Source of the DNA: Candidatus Woesearchaeota archaeon
GTDB lineage: Archaea > Nanobdellota > Nanobdellia > Woesearchaeales > ARS49
DNA length: 64,000 nt
Direction: 5' to 3'
NCBI GenBank assembly: GCA_030750765.1
Contig: JASMHM010000004.1
Location: 3,013-67,012, forward strand
The notes under the pieces: model-generated
The model's database searches: none
Told to the model about the DNA's origin: nothing
What the model saw: only the letters and a program-made list of their open reading frames with translations
Translations under genes and position numbers: made by a program
In this document: in pieces, positions 1-10,108 of the stretch
How the letters are laid out: each line of letters opens with the position of its first letter
Numbering within the stretch: position 1 is the stretch's first letter

Positions 1-2
1 AG

Positions 3-965
3 AAAAGAATCGCTGCAAAGTCCGGAGGCAAAGGTTTTGACGTCAAAAGGTCTGGGAATGCAACAGTCGTGCTGCTAGGCTTTCCCAGCGTAGGCAAGAG
101 CACGTTGTTGAATAAGTTAGTGGGCACCAAAAGCAAAGCTGCTTCGTACGCATTCACTACTGTGTCGGTCATTCCTGGTTTACTAGAATACAACCACGCC
201 AAGATCCAAATCCTGGACGTGCCCGGCATCGTGCACGGAGCTGCATCTGGAAGAGGCAGAGGTAAAGAAGTGCTAGGGGTGATTCGCAATTGTGATGCCA
301 TCTTAGTGGTGGTGGATGCACAGCACCCAGAACACTATGATGCATTGTTGCGAGAGGTGGACGAGTTCAACGTGCGTATAAACCAAGCATTGCCAGACGT
401 CAAAGTAACCAAAAAAGAGAAGGGAGGTATCGACCTCCAAAGTACGGTGAAGCTTTCATTGGACAAAGAGACCATCAAGACCGTTTTACACGGTTTGCGC
501 ATCAACAATGCTGAAGTCATCATCCGTGAGGATATCACGGTGGATCAACTGATCGACGTGGTTGAGGGTAATCGTTCTTACATTCCTGCACTAACCGCCA
601 TCAGCAAGATAGATCTGGTAGACAAGCGAACAAGAGAGCGATTGATCAAAAACATAAAACCGGATGTCGTGGTGAGTGGGGAGACCGGGGAAGGTATCAA
701 GACACTAAAGCGAAAATTGTACAAGAAACTACGATTCATGCGCATCTTCATGAAAGAGGTACGCAAAAAGGCAGACATGGACATACCGCTCATCGTACGC
801 AAAGGAAGCACAGTACAACAAATATGTGAAAAGGTACATCGGGATCTAGCAAGAAAGTTCAAGTATGCACGCATCTGGGGGCCTACGGCAAAGTTTGACG
901 GTCAAGTCATCCGAGATAAGAAACGAGCCCTACAAGATCAAGACGTTATCGAGATCCATTCCTGA
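3..965 (+). CDS. DRG/Rbg (Obg-family) GTPase with C-terminal TGS domain, 5'-truncated by the window edge
   Basis: GFPSVGKS (G1), YAFTT (G2), DVPG (G3), SKID (G4), TGS-like tail; the frame is open back to position 3. Confidence 0.92.
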   Translation, partial: KRIAAKSGGKGFDVKRSGNATVVLLGFPSVGKSTLLNKLVGTKSKAASYAFTTVSVIPGLLEYNHAKIQILDVPGIVHGAASGRGRGKEVLGVIRNCDAILVVVDAQHPEHYDALLREVDEFNVRINQALPDVKVTKKEKGGIDLQSTVKLSLDKETIKTVLHGLRINNAEVIIREDITVDQLIDVVEGNRSYIPALTAISKIDLVDKRTRERLIKNIKPDVVVSGETGEGIKTLKRKLYKKLRFMRIFMKEVRKKADMDIPLIVRKGSTVQQICEKVHRDLARKFKYARIWGPTAKFDGQVIRDKKRALQDQDVIEIHS

Positions 966-1239
966 CATTTGGAGCGCTAGCTAGTGATTTTCTACGCTTG
1001 ATCTTGGACGGATCATCTGTATGCTTTTTGCAGCCCTTGCATCGGTAGCCTGCAGGCTTTTCTTCAATGAGCGCAGTGCCGTTCGTAATTTGCTGGCGTG
1101 TGGAGTATTGGTCGACGCGTGCAGATCCGCACTGACGGTGGATATAGGCGTTTCCCTTGCCAAAGAAGGAGAGAACTACATCTAGCGAACTGTTCATGTG
1201 GATGTACTTATTTCGCTTCCATTCTCTAGTCTCGTCCAT
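946..1239 (-). CDS. small hypothetical protein, possible Zn-ribbon (HRQC...CKGC)
   Basis: ATG at 1239 with a TTTATAAA box ~30 nt upstream; HxxC and CxxC pairs. Confidence 0.55.
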   Translation of the reverse strand: MDETREWKRNKYIHMNSSLDVVLSFFGKGNAYIHRQCGSARVDQYSTRQQITNGTALIEEKPAGYRCKGCKKHTDDPSKIKRRKSLASAPNVRNGSR

Positions 1240-1289
1240 ACTCACTCTGGAGGGTGATCGACGGACGCTTTATAAAGGATTCGTCCCCA

Positions 1290-1742
1290 TTAGGTAACAG
1301 GTACGCGCCTGTTTTTTGGGACGTAATTCAGAAGAACTCCTTCTTTCAGGTTGCCACATCCGAGAATATCTTCGTTGTATTTGACCAGAACAAAGCCTGC
1401 AGCTCCTTGAACGGGTACGTCCTCTCCCCGCAACCAGGCCTTTGCCTGCTCTTCATTCAATGCTAGTATGTTTTGGGTGGCTGTTTTGGCCACCATTTGT
1501 GCCCCTTCAATGCTTAGACGGTTTCCTTTGCCTACCTCGGCCACATATAACCCTATGCTGCTCACGTTGAGCTTGTCTAGCTCTACATTTTCTATATCGC
1601 GGTTGACAAGATAGAGTTTTTGTCTGTCTGTAAGGATTAGTGCGTACTTGTCTGTCCAGTCTAGGGTTGCTCCATAGTGTTCTTCTATCTCTTTGAGTAT
1701 CGGTTTGGCTTGTTTTCGGTTGAGCAGGTTTAGACGCCCCAT
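1290..1742 (-). CDS. NIP7/RsmF C-terminal-like PUA-domain RNA-binding protein
   Basis: RLSIEGAQMV...WLRGED...ILGCG...LLNYVPKNRR pattern; overlaps the end of infB. Confidence 0.75.
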   Translation of the reverse strand: MGRLNLLNRKQAKPILKEIEEHYGATLDWTDKYALILTDRQKLYLVNRDIENVELDKLNVSSIGLYVAEVGKGNRLSIEGAQMVAKTATQNILALNEEQAKAWLRGEDVPVQGAAGFVLVKYNEDILGCGNLKEGVLLNYVPKNRRVPVT

Positions 1743-3445
1743 ACTGGGTTGTTCTCCCGCATGATGTTAGCAATGTCCTTCAGAATTTTCTTATCATCCT
1801 CGGTAAGCGTTTCTTTGAATTCCTTGTATTGCAGGAATTGCTCTTCTGATACTTCACTGTACAAGATTTGGTTCTCGCTCACTTGCCTGCCTACGGTGAC
1901 TTCGGGTAACGATGCAGCACCCTTGTCTCCTTTCTTGAGGTGGTCCACTTGTTTTTTCTCTTGTTGGATACCTTTGAGCGTGGTGATGTGTTTGCCTTTG
2001 TCATCCATCAAGGGGATGTTGTTGCGCAGCTCCCCTTCTTCTACTTGGACGCCAACGATGGCGGGATTGTTCTGTCTAAAGACATACCCTTTCATCACTA
2101 AGATCTTGCATGGCTTCACCAACTCATTGAGCTTTTCCATCTCGATGCGTTTTTTCTGCTTGTCTGCCCAAGCTTTGTAAGCATCTATCAACCGGTAGAT
2201 AACATCATTCGTCAGGGCACCTTCTTGTTTGGAAACGTTAAATCCGAGCACAACAGCATGGAGGGAGTTCTTCTCTTTCATGCTGTCTGCATCGGTAAGA
2301 TCTTTCTTGGTGATGTCTCCGATGCCTGCTTTCTTCACAGGGATGTCGTTGCTCTTCAGCAGCATCACTAAGGCTTCTAGACTACCTAATGAGTCTGCTT
2401 TGGCTATCACGCCTTCCTTGTCTGTTTCGATGAGTACCTCGCGAACTTGCTTTTCTACTTCTTTGACGGCTTGTGCTTCCTTCATCCCTGCTATGATGGG
2501 CATTCCTGCGGCTACTGCTTCTACTTTTGGGCACAGTATGCGCACCCCTGTACTGGCAAATACTTCTTTGACGGGTTTGAACTTGGCAACTCTCATCTCT
2601 TGCATGGGTGCTGGCTGGAACAACGCTTTGATTTTCGCCACGACTGGCTTGTCTACCCCGCCCATCACGATGGTTTGGCCTTGTTTGATGCTGCCATCGT
2701 AGATGATGGCATCCACCACTTTACCAACTCCTTTTTGGTCTTGGATTTCTAGCACGGTCCCGCGTGCGATGTCGGTTGTTATGAGTTTGTCTCCCAAGAA
2801 ACGTTGGGCAAGCCCTGCTACCGTCATCAAGAGTTCGGGTATCCCTTGCCCGGTTTCCGCACTTACGGGTATGACGGCTAAGGTCTTGGTGTGGTCTTCG
2901 ATGCGGTCGTAGCGTTCCGCCTCAAAGCCTAGTTCGTACAGTTTTCCTATGGTTTCGTAGAGTTTTGTCTCAAAGATTTTTTGTACTGAGGGTATGGCTT
3001 GACGTACTGCTTCCCCTAGTGTGATATCGTTCTTCCATCCTTTGATGAGGTCGATCTTGTTCAGGGCTACCACAAAAGGAATCTTGTATTCTTTCAATAC
3101 CTTGACGCATTCCATGGTTTGTTCCATGGGTCCTTCGTTGATGTCCACCACAAGTATTGCGATGTCTGCTAAGTTTCCCCCTCTTTTTCTTAGGTTGACA
3201 AAGGCTGCGTGTCCGGGTGTGTCAACAAACAATAATCCGGGTATGGTGAGCTCCATGCTCATAGCTTTGAGTAGGGGTTTGCATATTTTTTCTAGAACTG
3301 TACTATCTATAATGCTGGCGCCGATGGCTTGGGTGATGCCGCCGGCTTCCTTTTCTTGTACTGCGCTGCCTCTAATCTTGTCTAGAAGTCTCGTCTTTCC
3401 GTGATCGACGTGGCCCATGATGGTGACGATAGGTTGTCGGATCAT
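1730..3445 (-). CDS. infB: translation initiation factor aIF5B (IF-2)
   Basis: IRQPIVTIMGHVDHGKT, GGITQAIGA, DTPGHAAF, NKID. Confidence 0.97.
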   Translation of the reverse strand: MIRQPIVTIMGHVDHGKTRLLDKIRGSAVQEKEAGGITQAIGASIIDSTVLEKICKPLLKAMSMELTIPGLLFVDTPGHAAFVNLRKRGGNLADIAILVVDINEGPMEQTMECVKVLKEYKIPFVVALNKIDLIKGWKNDITLGEAVRQAIPSVQKIFETKLYETIGKLYELGFEAERYDRIEDHTKTLAVIPVSAETGQGIPELLMTVAGLAQRFLGDKLITTDIARGTVLEIQDQKGVGKVVDAIIYDGSIKQGQTIVMGGVDKPVVAKIKALFQPAPMQEMRVAKFKPVKEVFASTGVRILCPKVEAVAAGMPIIAGMKEAQAVKEVEKQVREVLIETDKEGVIAKADSLGSLEALVMLLKSNDIPVKKAGIGDITKKDLTDADSMKEKNSLHAVVLGFNVSKQEGALTNDVIYRLIDAYKAWADKQKKRIEMEKLNELVKPCKILVMKGYVFRQNNPAIVGVQVEEGELRNNIPLMDDKGKHITTLKGIQQEKKQVDHLKKGDKGAASLPEVTVGRQVSENQILYSEVSEEQFLQYKEFKETLTEDDKKILKDIANIMRENNPVWGV

Positions 3446-3574
3446 ACCTGTATAGGTGGTGCCTGCTTTTTAAAGGGTGGCGTTTGTCGTCCTTGCCCTT
3501 GCTCATTTCGTTTACTACTCGAGAGTGCGCTCTTAGCGCATCTTTTTAAGCTAAGCCCACTTTCCAGTAGCAAC

Positions 3575-4516
3575 ATGAAGCTAGAAAGATCATGGGGTGT
3601 GTTGTTCGCTCTTTTGCTATGCGCTACCACTGCCCTTGCACTTCCTCTAACGATTGATAGTGTAGAGCTAGACGAAGTCCGTCTGGATTCTGGAAGCGTC
3701 AACCGTTTGGACGTTGAGCGCGATGATGACTTCACGCTTCGTATCAAATTAACACCTACAGCACAACTAGACAACGTAGAAATCTTAGCATTCATCTCAG
3801 GATATGAGCACAACGATCGTCCGAATGAGCGCATCTCTGACGTTGCTGAACTATTCACAGCAGATGCCAACGTTTCTTATGTGCGCAAACTCAAGCTACA
3901 ATTGCCAAACGAACTAGACCGAGACGACTACAAGATTAGATTGATCGTTTCTGACCGATTCGGAACAGCAGTAGTACAAGACTTTGACCTACACGTCAAC
4001 AGTCAAAGACATGATGTTTTGATCAAAGATATCACTACCATTCCTAACGTTGTAAGAACCGGCGGAGCCGTACTCGTCAAAGTAAGAGTAGACAACAAAG
4101 GACAAAGGGTAGAGAACGACGTTCGTGTATCTGTAGCTATTCCTGCACTCGGTGTGCACGGCGTAGACTACATCGACAGAGTAAAGTCTGAAGATGAGGA
4201 AGAGACAGAAGAGATTTTCCTACGTCTACCACGATGTAGCAAACCTGGACTCTACGAAGTTGTCGTCACCACACACTACTCGGACAACAGAAGAAGCTCA
4301 GAAGCAAGAGCACCTATCAATGTTATCCAAGACGCTAGTTGCGAAGCTCCTAGCGTACAAAAAGAAGAAAATAAGCCAGTGTTGCAGATCCAACCGCAAC
4401 CACCCGTAGCTCCTCATGAGGAGCCACCAAAGCGTGGCGTGTTAGAGATCATTCTCTTGACACTGGTAGGCTTACTAGCCCTACTCGGTCTTGCTATTGC
4501 GATAAGCAAGCTTTAA
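3575..4516 (+). CDS. secreted, membrane-anchored Ig-like/CARDB surface protein
   Basis: Signal peptide from ATG 3575, beta-rich repeats, Pro-rich linker, C-terminal TM helix; TATA at ~3543. Confidence 0.7.
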   Translation: MKLERSWGVLFALLLCATTALALPLTIDSVELDEVRLDSGSVNRLDVERDDDFTLRIKLTPTAQLDNVEILAFISGYEHNDRPNERISDVAELFTADANVSYVRKLKLQLPNELDRDDYKIRLIVSDRFGTAVVQDFDLHVNSQRHDVLIKDITTIPNVVRTGGAVLVKVRVDNKGQRVENDVRVSVAIPALGVHGVDYIDRVKSEDEEETEEIFLRLPRCSKPGLYEVVVTTHYSDNRRSSEARAPINVIQDASCEAPSVQKEENKPVLQIQPQPPVAPHEEPPKRGVLEIILLTLVGLLALLGLAIAISKL

Positions 4517-5058
4517 CCCGAAACTCGAGGCTGACCAGCGTCTGGAACCTGATTCGTTGTAGGCTGAGTTGGGTTTTGATGGACAGAGTCTCTGCCGATA
4601 AAGCTCTGGTAGAAACGACTGCCATACTCTTCATTCTCGCCATAGCCAGAGAACGTGCTACCGCCCACATAGGGGGTTTGTTCAGATAAACCATAGCGTT
4701 GTTGACGAGTCATACCTGCCGTGCTAAATCGTGGACCATAGTATTCTGTTCCACCATAGGCCTCTTCGTCAGGATACCAATCTCCTACCGCTTCGTATGG
4801 ATAGTTTGTGTTGGGGTAGGGTGGTCCTTGTAGAGCTGGACTCTGCTCAAAGACGGGAATGCTTTCATCATACGCGTCTAGAGGTACCAAAGGCGGGATG
4901 TAATCCACCTGTACGTTACCTACTGCATCCACAGGAACCAATTGCACAGGAGGTGCTTGATTCCAAGGATTGCCCTGCATGCTAATCGTTGCTACAGCAA
5001 CGATGGCAATCAAGGCTAAGATATAGATTGAATGGTCGTGTTGTTGTTTTTTTGCCAT
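4513..5058 (-). CDS. hypothetical membrane-anchored Tyr/Pro/Gly-rich protein
   Basis: N-terminal TM segment followed by a low-complexity tail; TATA upstream. Confidence 0.65.
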   Translation of the reverse strand: MAKKQQHDHSIYILALIAIVAVATISMQGNPWNQAPPVQLVPVDAVGNVQVDYIPPLVPLDAYDESIPVFEQSPALQGPPYPNTNYPYEAVGDWYPDEEAYGGTEYYGPRFSTAGMTRQQRYGLSEQTPYVGGSTFSGYGENEEYGSRFYQSFIGRDSVHQNPTQPTTNQVPDAGQPRVSG

Positions 5059-5183
5059 AGCTCCAAAAGGAGAACAGGTCTTATTTATATATATCGTTTT
5101 TATACTACCGCAAAAGTCACGCCTGTTCTGTGGTTACTCTTTGCAGGCGCAAGATTATAAAGGGACTACGAAGTCTACCCTTC

Positions 5184-6917
5184 ATGGATGCAAAGACGCT
5201 GATCAAGAAATACTTGGACTTTTTTGCTAGCAAACAGCACGCCGTCATTCCTAGTGCCAGTCTCATTCCTGAGAACGATCCTACCGTCCTATTCACGACA
5301 GCAGGAATGCATCCTTTAGTGCCCTTCTTACTTGGACAACCTCATCCTCAAGGGAAAAGAATATGTGATGTGCAGAAGTGTATTAGAACAACAGATATAG
5401 AAGAAGTGGGGGATGACACGCATCTTACCTTCTTTGAGATGTTAGGAAATTGGAGTCTAGGCGATTATTTCAAGAAAGAAACCATCGCGTGGAGCTGGGA
5501 GTTTCTAACGAGCAAAGAATGGCTAGGCATACCAAAAGAAAGACTATCCATAACTTGCTTTGCTGGTGATGCGGACGCGCCCAAAGATGAAGAGTCTGCA
5601 GAAGTGTGGCGATCATTAGGAGTGCCAGAAGAAAGAATAGCCTTCCTGCCCAAAGAAGACAATTGGTGGGGGCCAGCAGGCAAAACAGGACCTTGTGGGC
5701 CTGACACTGAGATATTTTATTACAAAAAAGACAATCCTCCACAAAAGTTTGACCCAAAAGATGATAACTGGGTAGAGATCTGGAATAATGTTCTAATGCA
5801 GTTCAACAAGCAAGAGGATGGAGAGCTTAAACCGTTGTCAAAGCCAAGCGTAGACACGGGCATGGGTGTTGAGAGAACTATTGTAGCATTACAAGGGAAG
5901 CAAACCGTCTATGATACTGAGCTTTTCCAACCCATACTAGCCACCATACGTGAGTTAGCAGAAAAGCAAGATCACAAAGCAGAAAGAATCATCGCTGACC
6001 ATATCAGGACTGCAACCTTTGTGCTGGGCGAGGATGCAGGCGTCGTTCCCTCAAACATGGACCAAGGCTACATCCTACGCAGACTTATCCGACGAGCGGT
6101 ACGATATGGCAGGAATCTGGGCATCGACCAAACCTTCTGTCATGTTGTTGCTAGCGTAATAATAAAAGAATACAAAGCGCGCTATCCAGAACTGTTGAAA
6201 AATGAGGGACGCATTGTTGAGGAATTGCAACGAGAAGAGAAACGATTCAAGGAAACACTCGAGCAAGGACTCAAAATCTTTGACAAGGTAGCTACTAAAG
6301 ATATTACAGGGGAACAAGCGTTCTTGTTGTTCCAATCTCATGGCTTTCCCTTAGAATTAACCATGGAACTAGCTAAGGAACGAGGGTTTAGCGTGGATGA
6401 GAAAGGATATCATGAAGCGTTCAAAAAACACCAAAAAGCAAGCAAAGGGGACAAGTTTGCCTCTGGACTGGCAGACCATTCTACCCAGACGGTGAGTTTG
6501 CACACTGCCACGCATCTATTACATGCAGCGTTAAGAAAAATATTTGGTGATGAAGTACAACAAAAAGGAAGCAACATCACACCAGAAAGATTAAGATTTG
6601 ATTTCAGCTTTCCAAGAAAATTAACCCAAGAAGAGAAAGAACAAGTGGAGAAGCAGGTTAATGAGTGGATACAAACAAACACCGACGTCACCAACGAAGA
6701 AATGTCTTTGACTGACGCCAAGAAAGCAGGCGCCATCGCCTTCTTTGGAGAGAAGTACGACGACGCAAAGGTAAGTGTGTATTCTATTCCTGGCATCAGC
6801 AAGGAAGTTTGCACCGGCCCGCATGTCAAGAACACCAAAGACATTGGTGCGTTTAAGATCAAAAAAGAAGAAAGCGTCTCTGCTGGCGTGAGAAGGATAA
6901 AGGCGACGGTTAACTAA
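5184..6917 (+). CDS. alaS: alanyl-tRNA synthetase, short form without C-Ala domain
   Basis: DPTVLFTTAGM, HLTFFEMLGNWS, EIWNNV, DTGMGVER; editing motifs HTATH and CTGPH. Confidence 0.96.
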   Translation: MDAKTLIKKYLDFFASKQHAVIPSASLIPENDPTVLFTTAGMHPLVPFLLGQPHPQGKRICDVQKCIRTTDIEEVGDDTHLTFFEMLGNWSLGDYFKKETIAWSWEFLTSKEWLGIPKERLSITCFAGDADAPKDEESAEVWRSLGVPEERIAFLPKEDNWWGPAGKTGPCGPDTEIFYYKKDNPPQKFDPKDDNWVEIWNNVLMQFNKQEDGELKPLSKPSVDTGMGVERTIVALQGKQTVYDTELFQPILATIRELAEKQDHKAERIIADHIRTATFVLGEDAGVVPSNMDQGYILRRLIRRAVRYGRNLGIDQTFCHVVASVIIKEYKARYPELLKNEGRIVEELQREEKRFKETLEQGLKIFDKVATKDITGEQAFLLFQSHGFPLELTMELAKERGFSVDEKGYHEAFKKHQKASKGDKFASGLADHSTQTVSLHTATHLLHAALRKIFGDEVQQKGSNITPERLRFDFSFPRKLTQEEKEQVEKQVNEWIQTNTDVTNEEMSLTDAKKAGAIAFFGEKYDDAKVSVYSIPGISKEVCTGPHVKNTKDIGAFKIKKEESVSAGVRRIKATVN

Positions 6918-7596
6918 ACAGCTTCCGAATAACATCAAAGGTGTACAACATAATCGCTCTCGCTTGTTCTTTGGTAGGATAGAAGGGTTCTTGCTTTTGG
7001 TGCACGCTATGGATGCGTACTTGGTTGATCAAGTGTATCTGATTGCCTAATCCAGGATCGATGCTGATGTTGGCCTCTGCCATTTTTCCTATAAGATTCC
7101 CCAGGCCCATGCCCGGAGCTTTTTCTAATAAGTCCTTGCCAGTAGCCTCAAAGTATTTTCTGTGCAGGGCTGCTTCCAACACTCTTCCGCAAAGTATGAC
7201 CGCGCTTCGGTATGCTCCATGGTTAAAGCAAATGTCGATCTCTGCCTTGTCTGCCTCTACTTGCTCAGAAATTCCTGGAACTGTAAAGTCTGGGCTTTCT
7301 GTGATGGTGGGTTCTGACATCTGTACTTGGCCGAGCTCCATCAACGTAGAGGCAATCTTGTCAGCATCCTTCATACCTCCTAGCTGTCCTACCAACGCTT
7401 GTACTTCGGTATCGGGGAGCGTGGTGGTTGCTTGCTGCAATCGTTCCACCGCGCTGAAGTATGCTCTTCTGTTAGCGTCAGCTCGTTGTTCTTCAAATTT
7501 GGTAAAACTGCCTTCCTCGCCTGCTAACCCTGTCTTTCTTGCAGCCTCAAAACTTATCTTGGTGGCATTCAACGCCTTTCTGAAAGCCTGACTCAT
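6910..7596 (-). CDS. DUF4145 (HEPN-like) domain protein
   Basis: AYRSAVILCGRVLE...LGNLI...RIHSVH. Confidence 0.65.
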   Translation of the reverse strand: MSQAFRKALNATKISFEAARKTGLAGEEGSFTKFEEQRADANRRAYFSAVERLQQATTTLPDTEVQALVGQLGGMKDADKIASTLMELGQVQMSEPTITESPDFTVPGISEQVEADKAEIDICFNHGAYRSAVILCGRVLEAALHRKYFEATGKDLLEKAPGMGLGNLIGKMAEANISIDPGLGNQIHLINQVRIHSVHQKQEPFYPTKEQARAIMLYTFDVIRKLFS

Positions 7597-7677
7597 ACCT
7601 CTCCTTACGTTTCGCAGTTCTTATACTCATCGGTGCTTGAACATAACGTTTTTATCTGAAGTGTTTCCACCCCTTCC

Positions 7678-8331
7678 ATGTCGAGCTGGTTGGACTCTCA
7701 AAACCTGGATTTGATGGCTGTTCCCTTTCGCATTGGCAGTATGCCCTTCGAGATGTATCAAAAAATGTTGGGTACACAAAGACGATTGATGACTATGGGT
7801 GACTTGCTCGAATTGGGATGGCGTTCCCATAGTCGGGTCATGAATCCTCTTCCTCCTGAGTTGCAAGAAGAAATATCCCAGTCCTTTGCGCATGTATGGG
7901 AGGATGGGCTGTTGCTTGCAACCCGACAAACAGGAAGAGAAATCCAGTACGGGCAGGAGCCTGACCAAGTAGCCACACTAGACCGCGTGTACACTCCCGG
8001 CTCTTTAGTAGAGATGCGCGAATCCTACTTCAATCTTATGACCGGGAGAGAGAAAAAAGGCAAGGTGATGTCCATGGCCAACGATTCGCTACAGCGTCTC
8101 ACTAGTACGCCTTTGGAAGCAGAGGCTTTGTTTGCTACAGGAACCCAAACGGAAGGTTTTGCTTGTGCGTACGTCGAAAACGGAAGGTTGGTCTTGGGTT
8201 ACGCAACCCAACAACGAGGAAAGCATCTCGCCTCGGTTCCAATCATACGGGAGCTTCCTGGACCGGACACCATGCGCGACTTATTGGTAGAGGTGCTTCA
8301 ACTTATACCTCCGGTTGATCCAAGAGAATAA
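7678..8331 (+). CDS. hypothetical protein
   Basis: 217-aa ORF filling the gap, TTTTAT box upstream. Confidence 0.65.
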   Translation: MSSWLDSQNLDLMAVPFRIGSMPFEMYQKMLGTQRRLMTMGDLLELGWRSHSRVMNPLPPELQEEISQSFAHVWEDGLLLATRQTGREIQYGQEPDQVATLDRVYTPGSLVEMRESYFNLMTGREKKGKVMSMANDSLQRLTSTPLEAEALFATGTQTEGFACAYVENGRLVLGYATQQRGKHLASVPIIRELPGPDTMRDLLVEVLQLIPPVDPRE

Positions 8332-8407
8332 CCTCTACAAGCACTACCCTCCAACCTATTCATTCCACTACCGATATCGCTATAAAGGTGTTTGCCTACT
8401 CAAAAAC

Positions 8408-10108
8408 GTGACAAATTACATAGTCGTAGCTGGAGGAGTGATGAGCGGCGTAGGAAAGGGAATCGCTTCCGCAAGCATAGGAAAAATACTCCAAAATTAT
8501 GGTTATTCGGTCACCGCAGTCAAGATAGACCCCTACATTAATTGCGATGCAGGCACTATGCGACCCACCGAGCACGGAGAGGTATGGGTGACCATGGATG
8601 GTGGAGAGATCGACCAAGATTTAGGGAATTACGAACGTTTTCTGGGTTATCCCATCCCCAAAAGGAACAACATCACCACTGGACAGATCTACAAATACTT
8701 GATAGACAAGGAACGCAAAGGAGACTTCTTAGGACAAACAGTACAATTTATTCCTCATGTCATTGATGAGATCAAACGACGAGTGTACGAGGCAGGCGAC
8801 GGATACGACTTCGTCATCGTAGAGGTTGGTGGAACTATTGGAGATTATGAAAATTTGCCATTCATGTTTGCCATGAAAAGCTTGGAGAGAGAGGTAGGCC
8901 ATGATCATGTTGCTTACACGTTAATCACCTATCTTCCAGTACCAGGAAACATTGGCGAGATGAAAACCAAGCCAACACAGACCGCAATCCGATTACTTTC
9001 GGAATATGGCATCTTTCCTGACTTCATACTTTGCAGGGCAGACCTGGACCTTGATGATGTTCGCAAAAAAAAGATAGAGACGTACGCAAACATTGATTCT
9101 GACAACATTATCAGCGCTCCTGATGTGAAAAGCATCTATGAAGTGCCTCTAAACTTTGAAAGACAACATTTAGGGATGAAGTTGTTGAAAAAGTTCAACA
9201 TCCAACCAAAGAACGTGATGACCTGGGATGACTGGCAACAAAGAGTACGCTTGATCTTGGAGCCCTCCAAAAAAGTAAACGTTGCCATCGTTGGCAAGTA
9301 CTTAAGCACAGGCGATTTTACTTTGAAAGATTCTTACATCAGTATTTACGAAAGTTTAACGCACGCAGGAGCAGAAAATGACGTGGGCATCAATGTTGCC
9401 TTTGTCAGCGCCGATGACCTTCCAGACCTGAGCCAATTTGACGGCATCATCGTTCCTGGAGGTTTCGGAACAAAGGGCGTGCCTGGGAAGTTGCAAGCTA
9501 TTCAGTTCGCAAGAGAGAACGAAGTGCCCTATCTTGGGTTGTGCTTTGGGATGCAGTTAGCCGTTGTTGAGTTTGCACAAAATGTTTGTGCAATGCAAGC
9601 GCATTCCTCAGAAGTGGAGCCAGACATACCGGACAAGGTTGTTGACATCATGCCTGAGCAAGGAAAAGTTGAGGAAAAAGGAGGAACCATGCGTCTAGGC
9701 GGGTATGTTGCTAACTTGTTGCAAAATTCTTTAGTGCATTCCTTGTACGTCAATCGTATGAAGGAAGATGCTGAAGAGGTCAAGAAAATGTCCGCCAATA
9801 GACAAGGCATGCTCGGTAGGAATCCTGTTATCGAGATCCACCGTCATAGGTACGAGGTCAACCCTGAGTTTTTGAACAAACTCCAAGATCGAGGACTTGT
9901 CATAAGTGGCTATCACAAAAGAGTGGATGGAACCATGCTCGCAGAGTTTATCGAACTACCGCATCATCCTTTCTTTGTAGGAACGCAAGCACATCCAGAG
10001 TTTAGGAGTACGCTGCTAGAACCTGCTCCTCTGTTCTCTGGTTTTGTTAGAGCTTGTCTGAACAAAAAACAAAAAGTTGAGACAGTACAAGAACCTGGGG
10101 CTGCTTAG
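8408..10108 (+). CDS. pyrG: CTP synthase
   Basis: GGVMSGVGKG, KIDPYIN, TKPTQ, GLCFGMQ, HRHRYEVN, QAHPEF; start placed at GTG 8408. Confidence 0.97.
   Translation: MTNYIVVAGGVMSGVGKGIASASIGKILQNYGYSVTAVKIDPYINCDAGTMRPTEHGEVWVTMDGGEIDQDLGNYERFLGYPIPKRNNITTGQIYKYLIDKERKGDFLGQTVQFIPHVIDEIKRRVYEAGDGYDFVIVEVGGTIGDYENLPFMFAMKSLEREVGHDHVAYTLITYLPVPGNIGEMKTKPTQTAIRLLSEYGIFPDFILCRADLDLDDVRKKKIETYANIDSDNIISAPDVKSIYEVPLNFERQHLGMKLLKKFNIQPKNVMTWDDWQQRVRLILEPSKKVNVAIVGKYLSTGDFTLKDSYISIYESLTHAGAENDVGINVAFVSADDLPDLSQFDGIIVPGGFGTKGVPGKLQAIQFARENEVPYLGLCFGMQLAVVEFAQNVCAMQAHSSEVEPDIPDKVVDIMPEQGKVEEKGGTMRLGGYVANLLQNSLVHSLYVNRMKEDAEEVKKMSANRQGMLGRNPVIEIHRHRYEVNPEFLNKLQDRGLVISGYHKRVDGTMLAEFIELPHHPFFVGTQAHPEFRSTLLEPAPLFSGFVRACLNKKQKVETVQEPGAA

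Noticed and set aside
3401-3574. N-terminal extensions given by the ORF track (also 5130, 8315, 45482, 47979, 57141)
   Set aside because: They overlap neighbouring genes or TATA boxes; downstream starts fit family N-termini and leaderless promoter spacing better.
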